A DNA stretch of 64,000 nt. Origin: Ginglymostoma cirratum. Its lineage: Eukaryota. Of this stretch, positions 1 to 13,265 are shown one piece after another (position 1 is the first letter of the stretch; every line of letters begins with the position of its first letter). The DNA is taken from contig JAHRHZ010000009.1 in the NCBI GenBank assembly GCA_024137785.1, positions 43,630,554 to 43,694,553 of the forward strand. The letters are read 5' to 3'. The position numbers were made by a program, and so were the translations under genes. Below the pieces are notes generated by a model, which was not told the DNA's origin, did not search any database, and saw only the letters and a list, made by a program, of their open reading frames with translations.

Positions 1-1527
1 TAAATAACAGCATTCTTTGTAAGTACATATTTCATTGACACTGACTATTCAATTCTTTTTTCACAGTCTCTTGCATGTGATTCCTGATATCACTGTTACA
101 TTATGCTATACGTTATTGATTTATTATCACATCCATTCCCATTATAGTACAGCTGCACTTGCTGACCCCCAGGAGCATGTGCATTAGCAGTGATGTCTTT
201 CAAAAATATAGTTCAACAAGGAGTGATAAATTCTAAATAATGCCAAAATTTTAATGATAGAACAAATGAAGATTAAAATGTTAAACAAAATAGAATTTGC
301 TTCAATTTTTAAAAATTGGCTTAATATTGTGCATGGGTGTGAGTGTATGCATTTTCAATAAAGCTTGCTGAGCGTGCACAGTTACAATCATCATCATTGA
401 GTGTCACCAAAAAGATTACTCTACTACCCTTAGTAGTTGAAGAGAGCATTCAAGAGATTAGAATTAGACAAGGAGGCAGAAGAAATTCCTGATTAGAAGC
501 GACATTTCATTGTATTGTTCAAAATGTAAGACACTAGGGTAAAATGATTCCTTTTACAAAGAAAACGTTAATTGTACTCATTTGGCCCCTATAAAGGATG
601 GAGATCCCGGTCTTTCAAGCTTTATGTGATAAAAGTGCTTATCACAAATTTAATGATGGCGATCAGGATTTCATGGAGAATTTCCATTAATTTTTCATAA
701 AGTTTCCTTACTGAACAATTGTAATGAATTCTTCCAGAATTTCTAGTCAAACTCTAATTTGCTTCTAATGGTAATTTAAGCACTCTGGGCACACATGAAA
801 AAAAAAGATTAATTCTTGCTTATTTAACATTTCAGAATTAACATGGAGTATACTTCCACCACAGGTTATTGTTGAGAAAGGCCAAACTGATATACAATCC
901 ATTATGCTTCATTTCATGCAAAGTCAGAATGGAGTAATAAGTTAACAAAGCAATTAATTTTAAAAAGAAAGTTGAAATTAAATGCTTCAAAAAGCCTTGT
1001 CAAGCATACACAGAAGGATGTTGGTTTAAATAGCCAGGAAAATTATTGTAATCTGAAAAATAATGCTGGGCATAAAGAAGAGCAAACCTTCAGTTACCTT
1101 TAAGGGTTATAAAATGAAGACTGCCTTACAAAGAATGGAAGCATGTATGGAAAAATTGACAAAACTAAAATAAAGGAGTGCCTTACTTTCAGCTGCCAAT
1201 ATGAGGAGGATGTGACATCCATTAAACCTTCCAATATACTTTATTAAATTATTGTTCAGGCCAAACATGACATGCATGTCAATATAATGTGATACATTGT
1301 AATAAGACGCAGCAGTATTCCATAAAATTTGGTCAGCAAAACTGAGCCTAAAGTCTGAAGCTGTTAAAAAGGATTAGTGTTTATGTGGTAATTTGTCCAG
1401 TCAGTCAGAACAACTCAGTCCTTTCTATCCACTAAATCATATATTGGAATGGAATCAATGTTGTTTGTCAGTAAATGTTGCACCAAAGATTCTCAAGCAA
1501 CAAATGCATTGAATAAATACAGAGAGA

Positions 1528-2100
1528 AAACTGAAAATGCTTGAAATCCGTAAAATAGCAGTCAATACTGGAAATGTATGGGTGATTTAGCCTCCATTAT
1601 TTCTGCCCTAAGCCTGCTGTAAGTGTTGTAGTGAAGCCCAATGCAAGCTGGAGGAACAACACCTCATTTCCCACTTAGGTACTTTACAGCCTTCAGACCT
1701 CAAAATTCAACAACTTCAGAGTATTAACGCTGCCTCCCCACCAGCAATGACCATCGCCCTATCTCATTTGCATGAGTTTGCTCTCATCAAATTTGACCGC
1801 ATTTCACCAATCATACCTATTATTAACACCTATTTTATATCTATACTCTCCTGCACTAATATTAGACCCTTTTTATCTTTTGTTCTGAGAATCCTCACCA
1901 TCTGTTCCACTTGCTCCTCCTCTTCCTTTGAGAGCAGTATTTGAACCATAATTTTTCTAGATCCTGTCTGTTTTGAAGTAAAGTCAGATTGAAATCAAAA
2001 CATTAATTTGTGTTCCCATTCCACAGATGCTGCCAGGCCTGTTAATTTTCTCCAGCTCTTTGTGTACTCATTTCAGATGTTCAGCATCTTCAGTACTTTT
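1528..2100 (+). mobile_element. Penelope-like element 3' remnant (GIY-YIG C-terminus, 3' UTR, degenerate hammerhead tail) with a short inverted arm at the left end
   Basis: 1633-1715 reads EAQCKLEEQHLISHLGTLQP, matching the Penelope endonuclease C-terminal motif KLEEQHLIFRLGTLQP. The tail ccacagatgctgccaggcctg...tttcagatgttcagcatc resembles 27620-27685 and 35500-35580. Confidence 0.75.
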
Positions 2101-2104
2101 ATTA

Positions 2105-2945
2105 AGAAAATGTAATGTTGGTCTTTATTACAAGGGAACGGAGTAGCAGAACAAGAAAAATCTTGCTACAATTGCACATAAAACACCCACTCTACTATGT
2201 ACAGTTTTGGTTTCCATATTTACGGGAGAATATTCCTGCCTCAGAGACAGGACTGTCTATCCTATGAGAATCTGAGCAAATTTTGCCAAATGTCTGAAGT
2301 TTAGAAAAATGAGGGGTGAGAGGTAATCTCATTATAATGCAAAATATTCAGAAGACCCTTGGCAGGGTCAACACTGGACGTTCTATCTGGGGAATCTAGA
2401 GTATGGCAACAGGTTAGGAGGTTGATTAAGGAGAACGTTTCAACAAAGGAAACCGAGGAGAAATCCATTCAGTGCAGAAGGAGCATTGCAGGGATTGGGA
2501 AGAGTGTGCAACATATCAGTGTCTCAGTGAAGCAGACTGGGAGGACAGTTCATGCCCCTCTTTCATGGTATATCTTGATGTATATCATAAAGGTCCCAAA
2601 GCCATTTTGACAGTCTCTGAGGAAAGGTTAAATTACATTGAAAAGTGAGGGGCTACGGTGGCAGTGGGTAGATTAGGGAATTGTGTGCCTCCTTCAGATG
2701 ATTATGAATCTTTGGGTCTTTGAAGCCCCCACGTCCTCCCTCACCCCCGGAGGTTGAAGGATTTTCTGTCATATTTTAAGTCTGAAGGGATATATTTTTG
2801 TTCTCTTCTAGGGAATCAAGCGATATGAAAAGTGGACAGGAACATTGAGCTCTGGTAAATGATTAATGATGATCATATAAACTGCTGAGGACAGCTTAAA
2901 AGGCTACAGTTGCCCCTGTTACTTGCAGTTTGAGTTCTCATGTTC
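2105..2945 (+). mobile_element. CR1/HER1-like LINE 3' fragment, degenerate
   Basis: CR1 ORF2 C-terminal and 3' UTR motifs (tatgtacagttttggtttccatatt; gaagtttagaaaaatgaggggtgag...tctcatt), similar to the other CR1 copies in the window. Confidence 0.65.
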
Positions 2946-3781
2946 TTAAACATGTTCCCACAAGAAGCAAAGATGATAACTATAAACTGGAGAAATTAAC
3001 ATTAAATTGAATTTTAAAAGAACAGAAGAAGTGCCATATTTCTATTGAAACATTTGCCCGGATATTCCAAAGCCGTATAGTCATTGCAGCAGCGCAGACC
3101 AGAGCTGCACATTGAGACCACGTAGAATCCTTGACATTGCAGACTCCATGGAAATTGCCAAAGAAATTGAAATTTACAATATGCAATTCACTTGCATCAG
3201 CAAGTCTCTGAATGTGTCTCTGCATGGTAGATCTGTTTCATTTATGCTTAAAGTTAACCCAGAAATGGTTAGAGGATCAAAGAGCTGTTCTACCTTCTGG
3301 GTAAGTATTAAATTTATCTGACTCATTACTGACCATCTCAACTATACTTCCTCCTGACAAGTCCCCAATCACTCCCCCTCCCCTGCTTCGCAATGAACAC
3401 AACATCCAGACCTGATCCTGCCAGACATGAGCCAACACTGCAAACTTGACCTGATGTCAATGGACCGCATGCCCACACCCCACATTCCCTCCCACAACCT
3501 ATTCTGAGATTCTAGAACCACCAACACTGCCACCATTCCATACCCTGATCTGCCCTAACGATTCATCAAATTTTCTGGCACTCCGGCACCAACCCTCTTA
3601 CTTATCCACCTGATACTCTTTTCATACACCTGACACACTACCCACCTGGCACCCAACCCATTTATCCACCTGGCACATTATCCCATAGCCTACCAGATAT
3701 TCTTTCCCTTCCTTAGTCAATCTTAAATTTTTCCTAAGTGGTAACAAATTCTCTGGATTTAATGGCCAATATGATTAAGAA

Positions 3782-3880
3782 GACAAGGTCAGAAATCATA
3801 TGACACCAGGTTATAATCCAACAGGTTTATCTGAAAACATAAGCTTTCAGAGCCTTGATCCTTCTTCAGGTGTTAGTTTC
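3782..3880 (-). mobile_element. Single arm of a Penelope-derived element (same family as 46172-46335) with a minimal hammerhead motif
   Basis: Minus strand reads AACAC-CUGAAGA-A-GGAUcaaggCUCU-GAAAGCUU-AUGUU. The arm matches 46172-46250 (gtcagaaatcatatgacaccaggttataatccaacagg). Confidence 0.75.
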
Positions 3881-4444
3881 ACATCAGGATTAAGAATAGT
3901 CAACACAGACTTCTGAAAGGGCACTGGGGCTGGATTTAATGGGCTATCCAAACAATACAGGAGGCCTCATGTGGATTTGCTGCCCATGGATGAATTAAGG
4001 TACTTAATCGAACAATTAGTGTTCACTTAAGGGCCTCATCCTACCACAGTTCTGATTTAACGGATAGCGGGAGAGACCTGCACCCAGTATGTCGCCACAG
4101 AATCACAGAATTGTTACAGCACAGAGGTGGTCATTTGGCCCATCATATCTGCACTATGTCTATTGCCAGGCAGTCACATTTGAACCTGTAGGCAGCTGCC
4201 AGGAGAGGGGAGGACAGGTCCCGTCTTTCTGAATGACTGGATGTTCCTCCACACATCCAACTTGACCCACAACACCCTGTCCAACTTGACAAGTTGCCTA
4301 GGGGGAGCAGAAACTGGGTTTTCTCATCCTGTACTTGGTCAAGTTGGTTGGTCTTCCTTACTCTTTGCTAGCGTGACAGAGTTCTGATGAGATTTGGATT
4401 TATAAAGGGCGAGGGTTTGTGTCTGCCAGTGCCTAAATAATGTA

Positions 4445-4556
4445 GTTGCACAGACAGTGCTGCAATAGTTCAAGAAAGTGGCTCACAATCACCTTCTCTC
4501 ATGCACCAAATGGTGGCCCAGCCAGAAATGCCACATTCCATTAACAAAGATAAAAA
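4445..4556 (+). mobile_element. 3' tail of the CR1-clade LINE family seen at 21190-22311
   Basis: tgcaatagttcaagaaagtggctcacaatcaccttctc...gccacattccat resembles 22200-22311. Confidence 0.6.
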
Positions 4557-5149
4557 GACAACATTGTAGGCATTAATGCATGTGTGTTCTTCTCATTCCT
4601 AAACAAGCTCACCAAGTGTCTGTTATTGTGTTACTCTGAAAGTAATGTCTTCTAATGCTTTAAGGATGCATAGCAACTGGGTAACAGGTTAGACATACAA
4701 CAAATACCCAACCAAGTTGTTAACCACAGTTTCTATGAGATCCAGCAGAAAAACCCATGGGGATTTTAGCAGCTCACCAAAAATGGAGGTTGGCAGGAAC
4801 TGCCCGGCAATTTTGGGCCATCGAATTGTAAAAGCCACATTAGTACAGTATCTCAAGGATGACATCCCATTCTCTCTTTTCTCTGGCTATTAGAAGAACC
4901 ACATTTTCAAATGTGTACACTTTCACCATCTGGTCCCATCTTCGCTTGGATTTCACTTGGAGACCTACTTGTATGCATGTACTGGGATCAGACATGAAAT
5001 CTCTCTGCTGAATTCAAACTAATTCAGCAGACAGATTAACACAGCTGGTTAATACAACAATTCAATCACTGAATATCAATGGGGAGAATGTATTCATCAC
5101 CTCTGTCAGTTTAAGAATATTTAGAATCTCATGTGACCCCCATTCACAG

Positions 5150-6000
5150 CAGATGTGTATTCGCTGGGTGAAAACTCGCTGATAGGGCAGTTTTTTTTCT
5201 CTCCAAAGTGAGTACGTTTGTAGCACTTAATGTGTCCATAGCCATTGTTCTCCATGTATTCCTGTTGATCCTGTTTGCAGGGTCTTGTATTGAGAACAAT
5301 GCAACTGTTGCTAAGTTTCATTAAACCAAAGAGCTGGTATCTTGTAGGGCATTTGGAAAGGCGTTTTGCGATCTGATAGACATTTTTAGAGGAGGACTGA
5401 TATATCAGAGTTCACCAATTGTTCATGGAGAGTCTTCAAAATCTCTAATTGCTTTTGTTGCTGTCCTGACTGGCACCTTTGTATGATAAAAGATGGAAAG
5501 GATGGTGTAGACAGTGTCCAGGGCTATTTGATGAATTGGAAGCTAACAGTCTGCAAAATGCCATATATGTCCTGCAAGCAGAGCGTTCATGATATTTCCT
5601 GGCATTTTCTGCTGACGTTAAGTTTCAGCAAATAAACTTTAAACAGTTCTGAGGTGATATGTACAGCTTTCTGCACATTTTAAGTGATCTCCCCTTTTCT
5701 ATTTGATGGAAATTTTTGAACACCTCCTCAGTTACGGTTGTCTTCTTATTGGCAAAACACAACAAATTCACAGCACAGTCCATTTCTTTCAATCAGCTTG
5801 AAGTTCAAAATTATGTCATCTAAGATAAACTGTCCTTAATGATACAAAATATTCATATTCCGATTGATAATGATGTCTATCCAATATCTTTCTCCAGATC
5901 TTTGAAGATATTGATGGAGTTCATGAATACACTTGTCTTTATGTCTTCTCCACTCCCACTCTACAGTTTGCACCACTTTGTTATATTTTGTCCTATTTGT
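5150..6000 (-). mobile_element. RTE-clade LINE remnant, highly degenerate
   Basis: Minus-strand fragments resemble RTE ORF2 C-terminal motifs (DD..L, KKT.V, and NRNTWRT for DR..WR), with many frameshifts. Confidence 0.45.
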
Positions 6001-6329
6001 GTTATCATGGCTATGATGGCAGGTTACACTAACCCCTCCAGTTATGAGGTGGCCTCAGTTATTGCCTCAGATAAGACCAACAAGCTAATAATTATGATTT
6101 AGTGTAGAGCTGAGGGTAAGAGCCAGAAGTGAGATACACATGATAGGAATAAAGCAATCTTCACAACCCTTCATTGTCACATTTGGAATAAGCAAATTTT
6201 TTTTGATAAAGCTTCAACCAAATCACAGTCGCTCAAAGATAAAAACTACATGTGGAAATAGAAGTGTAGGATGGATCTATCTAGCAGAGATATCCCAAGT
6301 AAGAATTTTCAGTCTCAGATGGGGGTAAT

Positions 6330-7099
6330 TATGAAAATCTATGAACATTTAAAGAATCACAATTGTATGACTTTGTGAACACAATCACTACCAGCTTGTG
6401 ATTTAGGGCAGTTTGCTGCCACCATCCTTTTTCATTGACTTGATCAAAGGGAATTCCTAGTTTTCAATGTTAGAGAAAAAAAACACTATTGAGTCCGAAT
6501 GGGAAGAGACTTTTGTCTTAAATAAGATATAGTTTATTGTATGATAATAATTGGGTATACATTAGTTTTGTAAGTTTGCCATTGTTACAACAACTGTAAG
6601 TAAACCTGTGGATGTATGGCTTCACCCTTTCAGAACCCTATGTTGTTCCACTCTTTCTCCACCCAAGTGCATATGACATTATCAGACTGGGTAGCACTTG
6701 ATGCAACATTAACCCTTTCAGAACATTTACCTTATATAACAATACAATGATCAGGTGGTCTGAAGACAGATGTATGAAAGGGAAATCTTGTTTTACAAGT
6801 TTGTTAGAAGTTGTCCGCAGTTGCAGCAAGCAGTGATGACTGGGGGAATGAGAAATCTTGAATAACATTAATTCTCAGAATAAGGGATGAGCCATTTAGA
6901 ACCGAGACTATCTGTGTAGAATTTGTTCTTTGTTCTTTAAAGAAAATCCTGTAATTGATGCCTTGATTTTAACTTGTACTGTATTTTAATTCAATTTTGA
7001 TAGAACTGCTTACCAAAAATAATTCATTTTTTTTTGGTGGTCAAATAAGGGGGTTAAAAAAAACAAAGATGATTCACCCCTCTTTAACTGGTCATAATA
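6330..7099 (+). mobile_element. LTR-like remnant ending ...tggtcataata, interrupted by CR1 RT fragments (about 6640-6910)
   Basis: The end resembles the reverse complement of the start at 29275 (tgttatgaccag). 6775-6811 encodes MKGKSCFTSLLE, a CR1 RT motif. Confidence 0.4.
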
Positions 7100-7384
7100 A
7101 TCTGTAGCATCTCTTCAAAGGCAGAGTTGCGCAGTATATTACAAGATTGGAACATTTAATTTCATGCCCTCTCTCCAGGCACTGTGTTGGATAAGTGTAA
7201 ATAAAGTTAGTTCAGTGAGGCCTGGCTATAATTGAGTATGTGTCAGTCTTATTTACTGAAATGTACAGTAGAAAGAAGGTAACAATGATAGGAATTTCCT
7301 TTTACATCTCGTCCAAGAAATTAATGCTGAAGAAAGTGGCATATTTTGGAACTTCTAAAGTTAAGACAATTTGAACAATTGTTC

Positions 7385-7625
7385 ATAGAATCCCTACGGT
7401 ACAGGGGCAGGCTATTCAGCCCATCGAGTCAACATCGACCCTCTGAAGAGCATCCTCCCCATACCCACTCCCCTACCCTACACCTGTACCTCTGCATTTC
7501 CCACAGCTAACCCACCTAGCCTGCACACCCCTAAACACTATGGGCAATTTAGCATGGCCAATCTACCTAACCTGCACATCTTTGGACTGTGGGAGGAATC
7601 CGGAGCACCTGGAGGAAACTCACAC
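7385..7625 (-). mobile_element. HE1/V-SINE-like tRNA SINE, 5'-truncated
   Basis: Contains gggcaatttagcatggccaatctacctaacctgcacatctttggactgtgggagg, shared with the other copies. Confidence 0.9.
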
Positions 7626-9334
7626 TGGCACAGTATTTAACTGTTTATTTACTTTATTTGTTTCCTTTGGCTGAATTTAATTCTTTCAAGTTTTTTTTTC
7701 CGTGGATGGTAAAATTTGTTTTGAACTTGTCTCATGTTTTAGAAAAGTCCTGTCAATATTGAGTAATGGGAAATAGCATGACATGATAGTTCAATTCTTC
7801 AGCCATCGAAACTATAAGTTTTATCTCTTACCTAAGTCTAAAGCACTTCTATATTTTTCAGATCTTGTTATCCATCTTGGCCAAACTGAAGAAAGAAGCA
7901 ATTTCTCCGAGTTCTCAGAAAAGCTTTCTCTATTTGTAGCTATGTCATTTTCAAGCCTCAGTTTGCTCCAGGACAAATTGTTTGATTTCTTAAAGTTTCC
8001 AGTTCATCACTTAAAGAAATAGCTATTGTCAGCATGACATGTAATAGGTTTTATAGCAGGAAGTAAGGGGTTTCCAGATTGTAACATTTTTCTTTATCTA
8101 GTAGTTTTCTAGCGTTTAGCTTGATATGTAAAGTAACCATTGACACACCTCCTAAACTTGATTGTGTACATTTCATGTAGCAGCTCTGCTCCTCCTGGAC
8201 TTGCCCTTATCCATATTATGTAGAGATAAACAGCAGATGGCCTAAGTGTTCACCTTTGACAACTTTCCTGTTAGAAATGTATCAAACAGGGTGTCTGCGA
8301 ATGGATCTTCTGCACTGAGGTTAATTTAAATGTTTGGAATCAGCTCTCTGTAATACTTCTGAGGGAATAAACTGGAAAGGAGGATGGACGAGGACAATTA
8401 TTACAGTTTCTGTTTCAGCATAATATGTCTGATATATTGTTGAGTGCAATCAATCACCCACTGCCAAGTCAATGATGGATGACAGGAAAACAACAAGCAT
8501 TTTTAAAGTGCAAGTCTTGCTAAAGTGTTCAACCTGGGGGGAATGTTGGATGTCCTTTACAAATATTAACCTAAAATTTACAAATTTTATTGACACGGGA
8601 GAAAATTCCAAAGGAGCAGCAGATGTTCTATGTTATTGGAGTTTAGGTCTTTGTCTCAGGGAATAGGATGATACCTGACTCCAATATTAATCAGAAGACA
8701 TGAGCTGGTAGATAGTGATTCCTGAGGTTCATCATCCACTTCAAGGCTTGCAAGACCTTTAGTACCGCTGGCTTCTCCTTCATGTTCAGATCCTCTGTCA
8801 CTAATAGAATCCATTGCGGCTTTACATTTTCAGTACATAATTGCAAACAAAAATTGCATAGTGGCAAAACCTACATTTAGTCACAACAAAATGAAAACAA
8901 ATCTATGTTTTTGATATTAAGTGGTGCTTCCTTAATTATTTCTTGATATAAAATAGTTAAACTATTCTTGGATTTATTTGATGGACAATGAACAAAGCTG
9001 TCCTCACACAAGGTCTTATTCCTCTCAATATTTATTCTGCATGTAACAGCTGCTGACTATAAGATACATCCTAATAATAAAGCTATTTATTTCAATGAGG
9101 TTAGGAGATAGCAGACTGATTCCTCTCTTTGTTCCATTCCTCAATTAATTGCAGAAGAATGATGAGATATGGCCAATTATTTACTTAGTTAACTGTGTTA
9201 AACCTTATGTAAAGGAATAAGCTGGCCAGGCTCATTGAATTTAATAAGTGAAATATTAGTTTTATAACAAAAGTGACTCAAGTGAAGATATAGGTAATTA
9301 CTAAAAGGTAAAAATATGTCCTGACTTCGATGGC

Positions 9335-9445
9335 ATGTGTACGCGCATACACATGCACACACACATATGCGAAGACAAACATAGACATACAAACAAGCAT
9401 ATACATGCATGCAAACATTCATACACATACACATGCACACACATT
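9335..9445. repeat. Degenerate (CA/CATA)n microsatellite
   Basis: catacacatgcacacacacatatg...atacacatacacatgcacacac. Confidence 0.85.
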
Positions 9446-9494
9446 GTAGGACTGCATTCAGAAGTCAATGGCACAAAGGGCACCAACTTTGGTT

Positions 9495-10050
9495 GTTCAC
9501 CATTTCCCAGAGAATGTCTTGTTGTTCCTCTGTGATATCCCTGACCCTGGCACTAGGAAGCAACACAACATCCTAGAGTTAGCAGCCACAGAAATGCTTG
9601 TCTGTTCCACTAATTGTTGAATTGCCTCTCACTGTTGCTCCTCCTTTCTTCTTCCTCCCCTACGGCATATCTATGCCACAAGTTTGACTCTGAATGTTCT
9701 CCCTTGAGGAGGCATTGCCATCACCAGACTCCAAAATAGAAACCCAATTTTTGAATGGACCGCAGGGACTCTGGCACTAACTATCTGTTTCTCTTAGACT
9801 ACCTGATAACAATTCGTTCCCTTTCTGCCTTCAGGATCTTACAGCTACAACGGGACCACCTCTCTGAATATGCCATTCACAAAACTGTTAGTTTTGTGCA
9901 TGTGCCACAGTGACTCCAACCACTGTTCAAGTTCTGAAACCTGGAACTCTAGTTTCAGCAGTTGGCAGCACTTCCTGCATATGTGGTCATCTGGCAAAGT
10001 GGTGGGTCCATGTTTTCCCACACATTCAAGAGTACACATTCTATTCAACT
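9495..10050 (-). mobile_element. CR1 ORF1 (zinc finger/leucine zipper region) remnant
   Basis: ORF 9845-10048(-) LPDDHICRKCCQLLKLEFQVSELEQWLESL fits the N-terminal zinc-finger/coiled-coil region of vertebrate CR1 ORF1. Confidence 0.65.
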
Positions 10051-10569
10051 AAGCTGCACTGCCCTGCTTAAAATTATTTCCTTACATAAACTTCTCTCTT
10101 ATTTTGGATTACTTATTTTATTATATTGTCCCTGACTTTCCCCTATTTTTGGTGTTTCTTAGTTAAATCCAAATTCTTTAAATACAATACACTTTTCTAA
10201 CTTACAGCAGTTTTAAGACATTCCCTGAGAACTGTTCTTTACCTACCAATGACTTTACAGATTTTTGATGCTATTTCTGTTATTTTCTTTTCACTCCCCT
10301 TTCAAACCCCATATGTATGGGTCCCAAGTAGCTGAATGGTCTCCATTCCATTCCTCATCACCACCCTGGAAACAGGAAAATACAGCCCAAAATTTCTGGC
10401 ATTATCGATGAATTCTGTTGCCAACAGATCAATATCCATGTCACACAGCTTACAAATTTTTATGCTCTCACTTTTATTTTCCCATGAGGCAACACATTAC
10501 AAACTTGTGCTTGAGAGCCAGAGGTACTTACTGAGTTATGTTGACTGTTGTTGACAGACATGCAGCCAA

Positions 10570-10790
10570 CTTCAAAAAGGGGAACAGTCTTGACAGAAAC
10601 TGAATTTTTACGCCATGAGGTATCCTTGGGTGACCTCAGTCACATTGATCATGTCGCTCTGCACTACAGCTTCAAGAAGATGGTGGATGTGCTCTTGAGG
10701 CAGACCATACGAATTATATCCTTCTTTGGACCTTACCAGTGATCAGTTAGCTTTCATGCAGCAATAAGGATTACCTAGCAATGATAATCA
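10570..10790 (+). pseudogene. PIF/Harbinger transposase N-terminal fragment
   Basis: LNFYA (about 10600), then after a frameshift GDLSHIDHVALHYSFKKMVDVLLRQ..IISF, resembling Harbinger LNF.A.G...GDL.GISQ...H..I..V.D.L.....I.F. Confidence 0.55.
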
Positions 10791-12450
10791 GCACTGGAGC
10801 CCAATATATTAAACCCTGTATTAGAATCCCCTTGCTTAAACTGTAGTAGTATACAGCTAATATGCAATGCAACACCCTGATCTTGTTTATTACCATAAAA
10901 CCTTTGATTATTGACAACCAATGATCCATATTTGTACATCACAGTTTCAGCTGAAAATTTCAGAAGTCCATGCCTGCCTGATATTGACTTTCAAGCTTTG
11001 CAATTTATGCATGAAGCACAAGGAAGATGACACAATAAGATGGTGCTTCCAAACCTTTATCCCTCTGTTTTGGGGCGTGAAACTTGTCTCGACCCCTTGG
11101 TGAGACTTTTTAGAGTGGGTGGCAGGGGTAGCATCGCTGAAGCAGACCTATTGGGGCAGGGGGAGAGAAAATCTGTTAGGGCCGTTGAGGGGTAGGGTGG
11201 AGAAGAAGCAGCAGAACTCCAGAGCAGCCATTGGCAGTCATTATCGTGACTATGCCTAATGATAATTGTTCTGAATTACTATATGGTTCCTCTGACTCAC
11301 AGAAGGCTGAAAGAAGACTATCGTAGATACTTCTGTGGTAGATTCCAAAGATAACAGGAATATCATTCTTAGTGATTTACTGCTCTAATACATCACATTC
11401 TGGCTGTAAATTTCGGAATTTTCAGAAAGAGTCTAGATTCATGTTTAAACTTTCTCCATAGAATGGCATCAGAGGTACTGGTATAGCAATGTTATAATCT
11501 TGACTGACAAAGCTATTTACACTTCTTTCAAAAAAGTGATTGTAGGTGTATTTTCCTTAGCTTCATAGTCAGCTAAAGTTCAGTCGAAATAGGCCCAACT
11601 AATTCTGAGAGCCTTGGGTGTTGATGATGTTGTATGTGCCTCATAGAGAATCAGTGGAAATCATCATAACTATCATTGCAAAAGCTTCATCGTCGTGAAA
11701 ACCTCTACTGACACCTTGACTTAAATTTTTCTGGGCCTGTGTCAGTGGGATTGGAGACAGGGGGTAAAACAAGAATAGGTGAAGGCTGTGTCTGGACAGT
11801 ATCCTGATGCTTTCATGTCTAAGGGTGACTTTCCCAGAGATAAGCTGTGCCCAAGGTTGACTCCTGCTTCACTGAGTGGACAGACACCTCAGTCTGATGA
11901 AGTTTGACATAGGAACCAAGTTTTCACAAGAGCAAGGTATTTTCCCAACAGTGGAGTGACTTCCATCATGTGCACAGACTGTTAGCCTCATTGTCTCAGG
12001 ACTGATAACATCTGGAGTTAAAGGTTTGATTCCCCATTGGTGGAGTCACAAGATCGTCAGATGTAATCAGAGGCACATGATTCTAGGATGCAATCTTGGT
12101 CATTGTAACTCCTCCACCATTAGAGTCTTACTGACATTGTGTCACTTTATTTAGTTAATTCTCTGCATTCATCTCTTCAGTCTCCCATTTTTCTCAGCAG
12201 CTCCTACCTCATTCTGTCAGACCCCCACCTGATCTTACTATAAAGCTTCCGACTGGATGACCAGTATCTCTGATCTCTAAACTGAATTAATTGGATAGGG
12301 CTCAATGAGACAAGTTCTCAAATTGACTTCTCCAGGAAGACTGTGACTGACACACAACCTTGATCCCATCATGCCAGATTCCTGAACCCAAATTGAGACT
12401 TGGGTCTGCCCATGGTTGAAAGCAGCACAAGGTGGCCAAAAACGATTTTC

Positions 12451-13265
12451 TGTTGTCTTAGAATCAGTTGATTATTGTAGCATTAAATAAATCATAAGTT
12501 AGGACAAAAGTAGCTTTGTAAACAGAATATGTGCAAGGCAACAAGATCATTATAGCACACAAACTGTCCTGTTGCAAGCAGCAGCTGCAGTTGTTTTACA
12601 GAGACAGTTGCATAAGGACACCCTTGTGTATCCTGATAGAAAATTACCATCCTTAGCTAATTTAAAGCTTAAGATCCATCACAAACAGACTTACTCCAGT
12701 TAAGATTTCCAGATAATCACAGTTATAGATTTTGAATTAATTAAAAATTTTGACATATAACCATAAAAAAGCACAATAAGCATTAAAGAGATTCCACTAA
12801 AAATCCTATGGACAAGACAACCTCAGACAGTAGGGGAGGCTCTCCCCCATAGTGCTAGCAGGGAGGATCGAATTACAGGTGCAGAAGTTAACAGTATTGG
12901 AATATGGTTAAATGGTGCATGCATTACGAAAGCCCCAAGCATAGAGATCAGGGTGTCTGATAAACACCATGAGATCATGGAGGACTGAGGGTTGTCCATA
13001 ATGCTGCCCACTACTGACCTTACAGTCACATGATTAATTTGATTGGGTGTGTATGTAATTAATTAATAATATGATTGGTCTGTAATTGCCAAAGGCAGGA
13101 GGAAAACAAATGTATAAAAGTTTACGTCTTTCCTTTATTCATTGTAAAGCCTCTGACCTCAGAGCTTTCTTCTTACCAGTTTAATTTCAATAAACTCCTT
13201 GGTATAGAAAGTGGACACCAGGTGTCAAGTGGTTTGTTTAGTCATTCCATCCAACAAAACTAGCA
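12451..13265 (+). mobile_element. Candidate retroviral-type LTR
   Basis: TG start (the left boundary is a guess), ATTGG at 13074, TATAAAA at 13113-13119, AATAAA at 13189-13194, CA end at 13265 followed by tctgg. No TSD found. Confidence 0.35.

Noticed and set aside
3254-3306. Possible short exon ending tgg/gtaagt
   Set aside because: The acceptor is weak, the peptide is unrecognised and the flanks look repeat-derived.
9198-9535. Cys/Val- and His/Thr-rich ORFs
   Set aside because: They are translations of a CA microsatellite.
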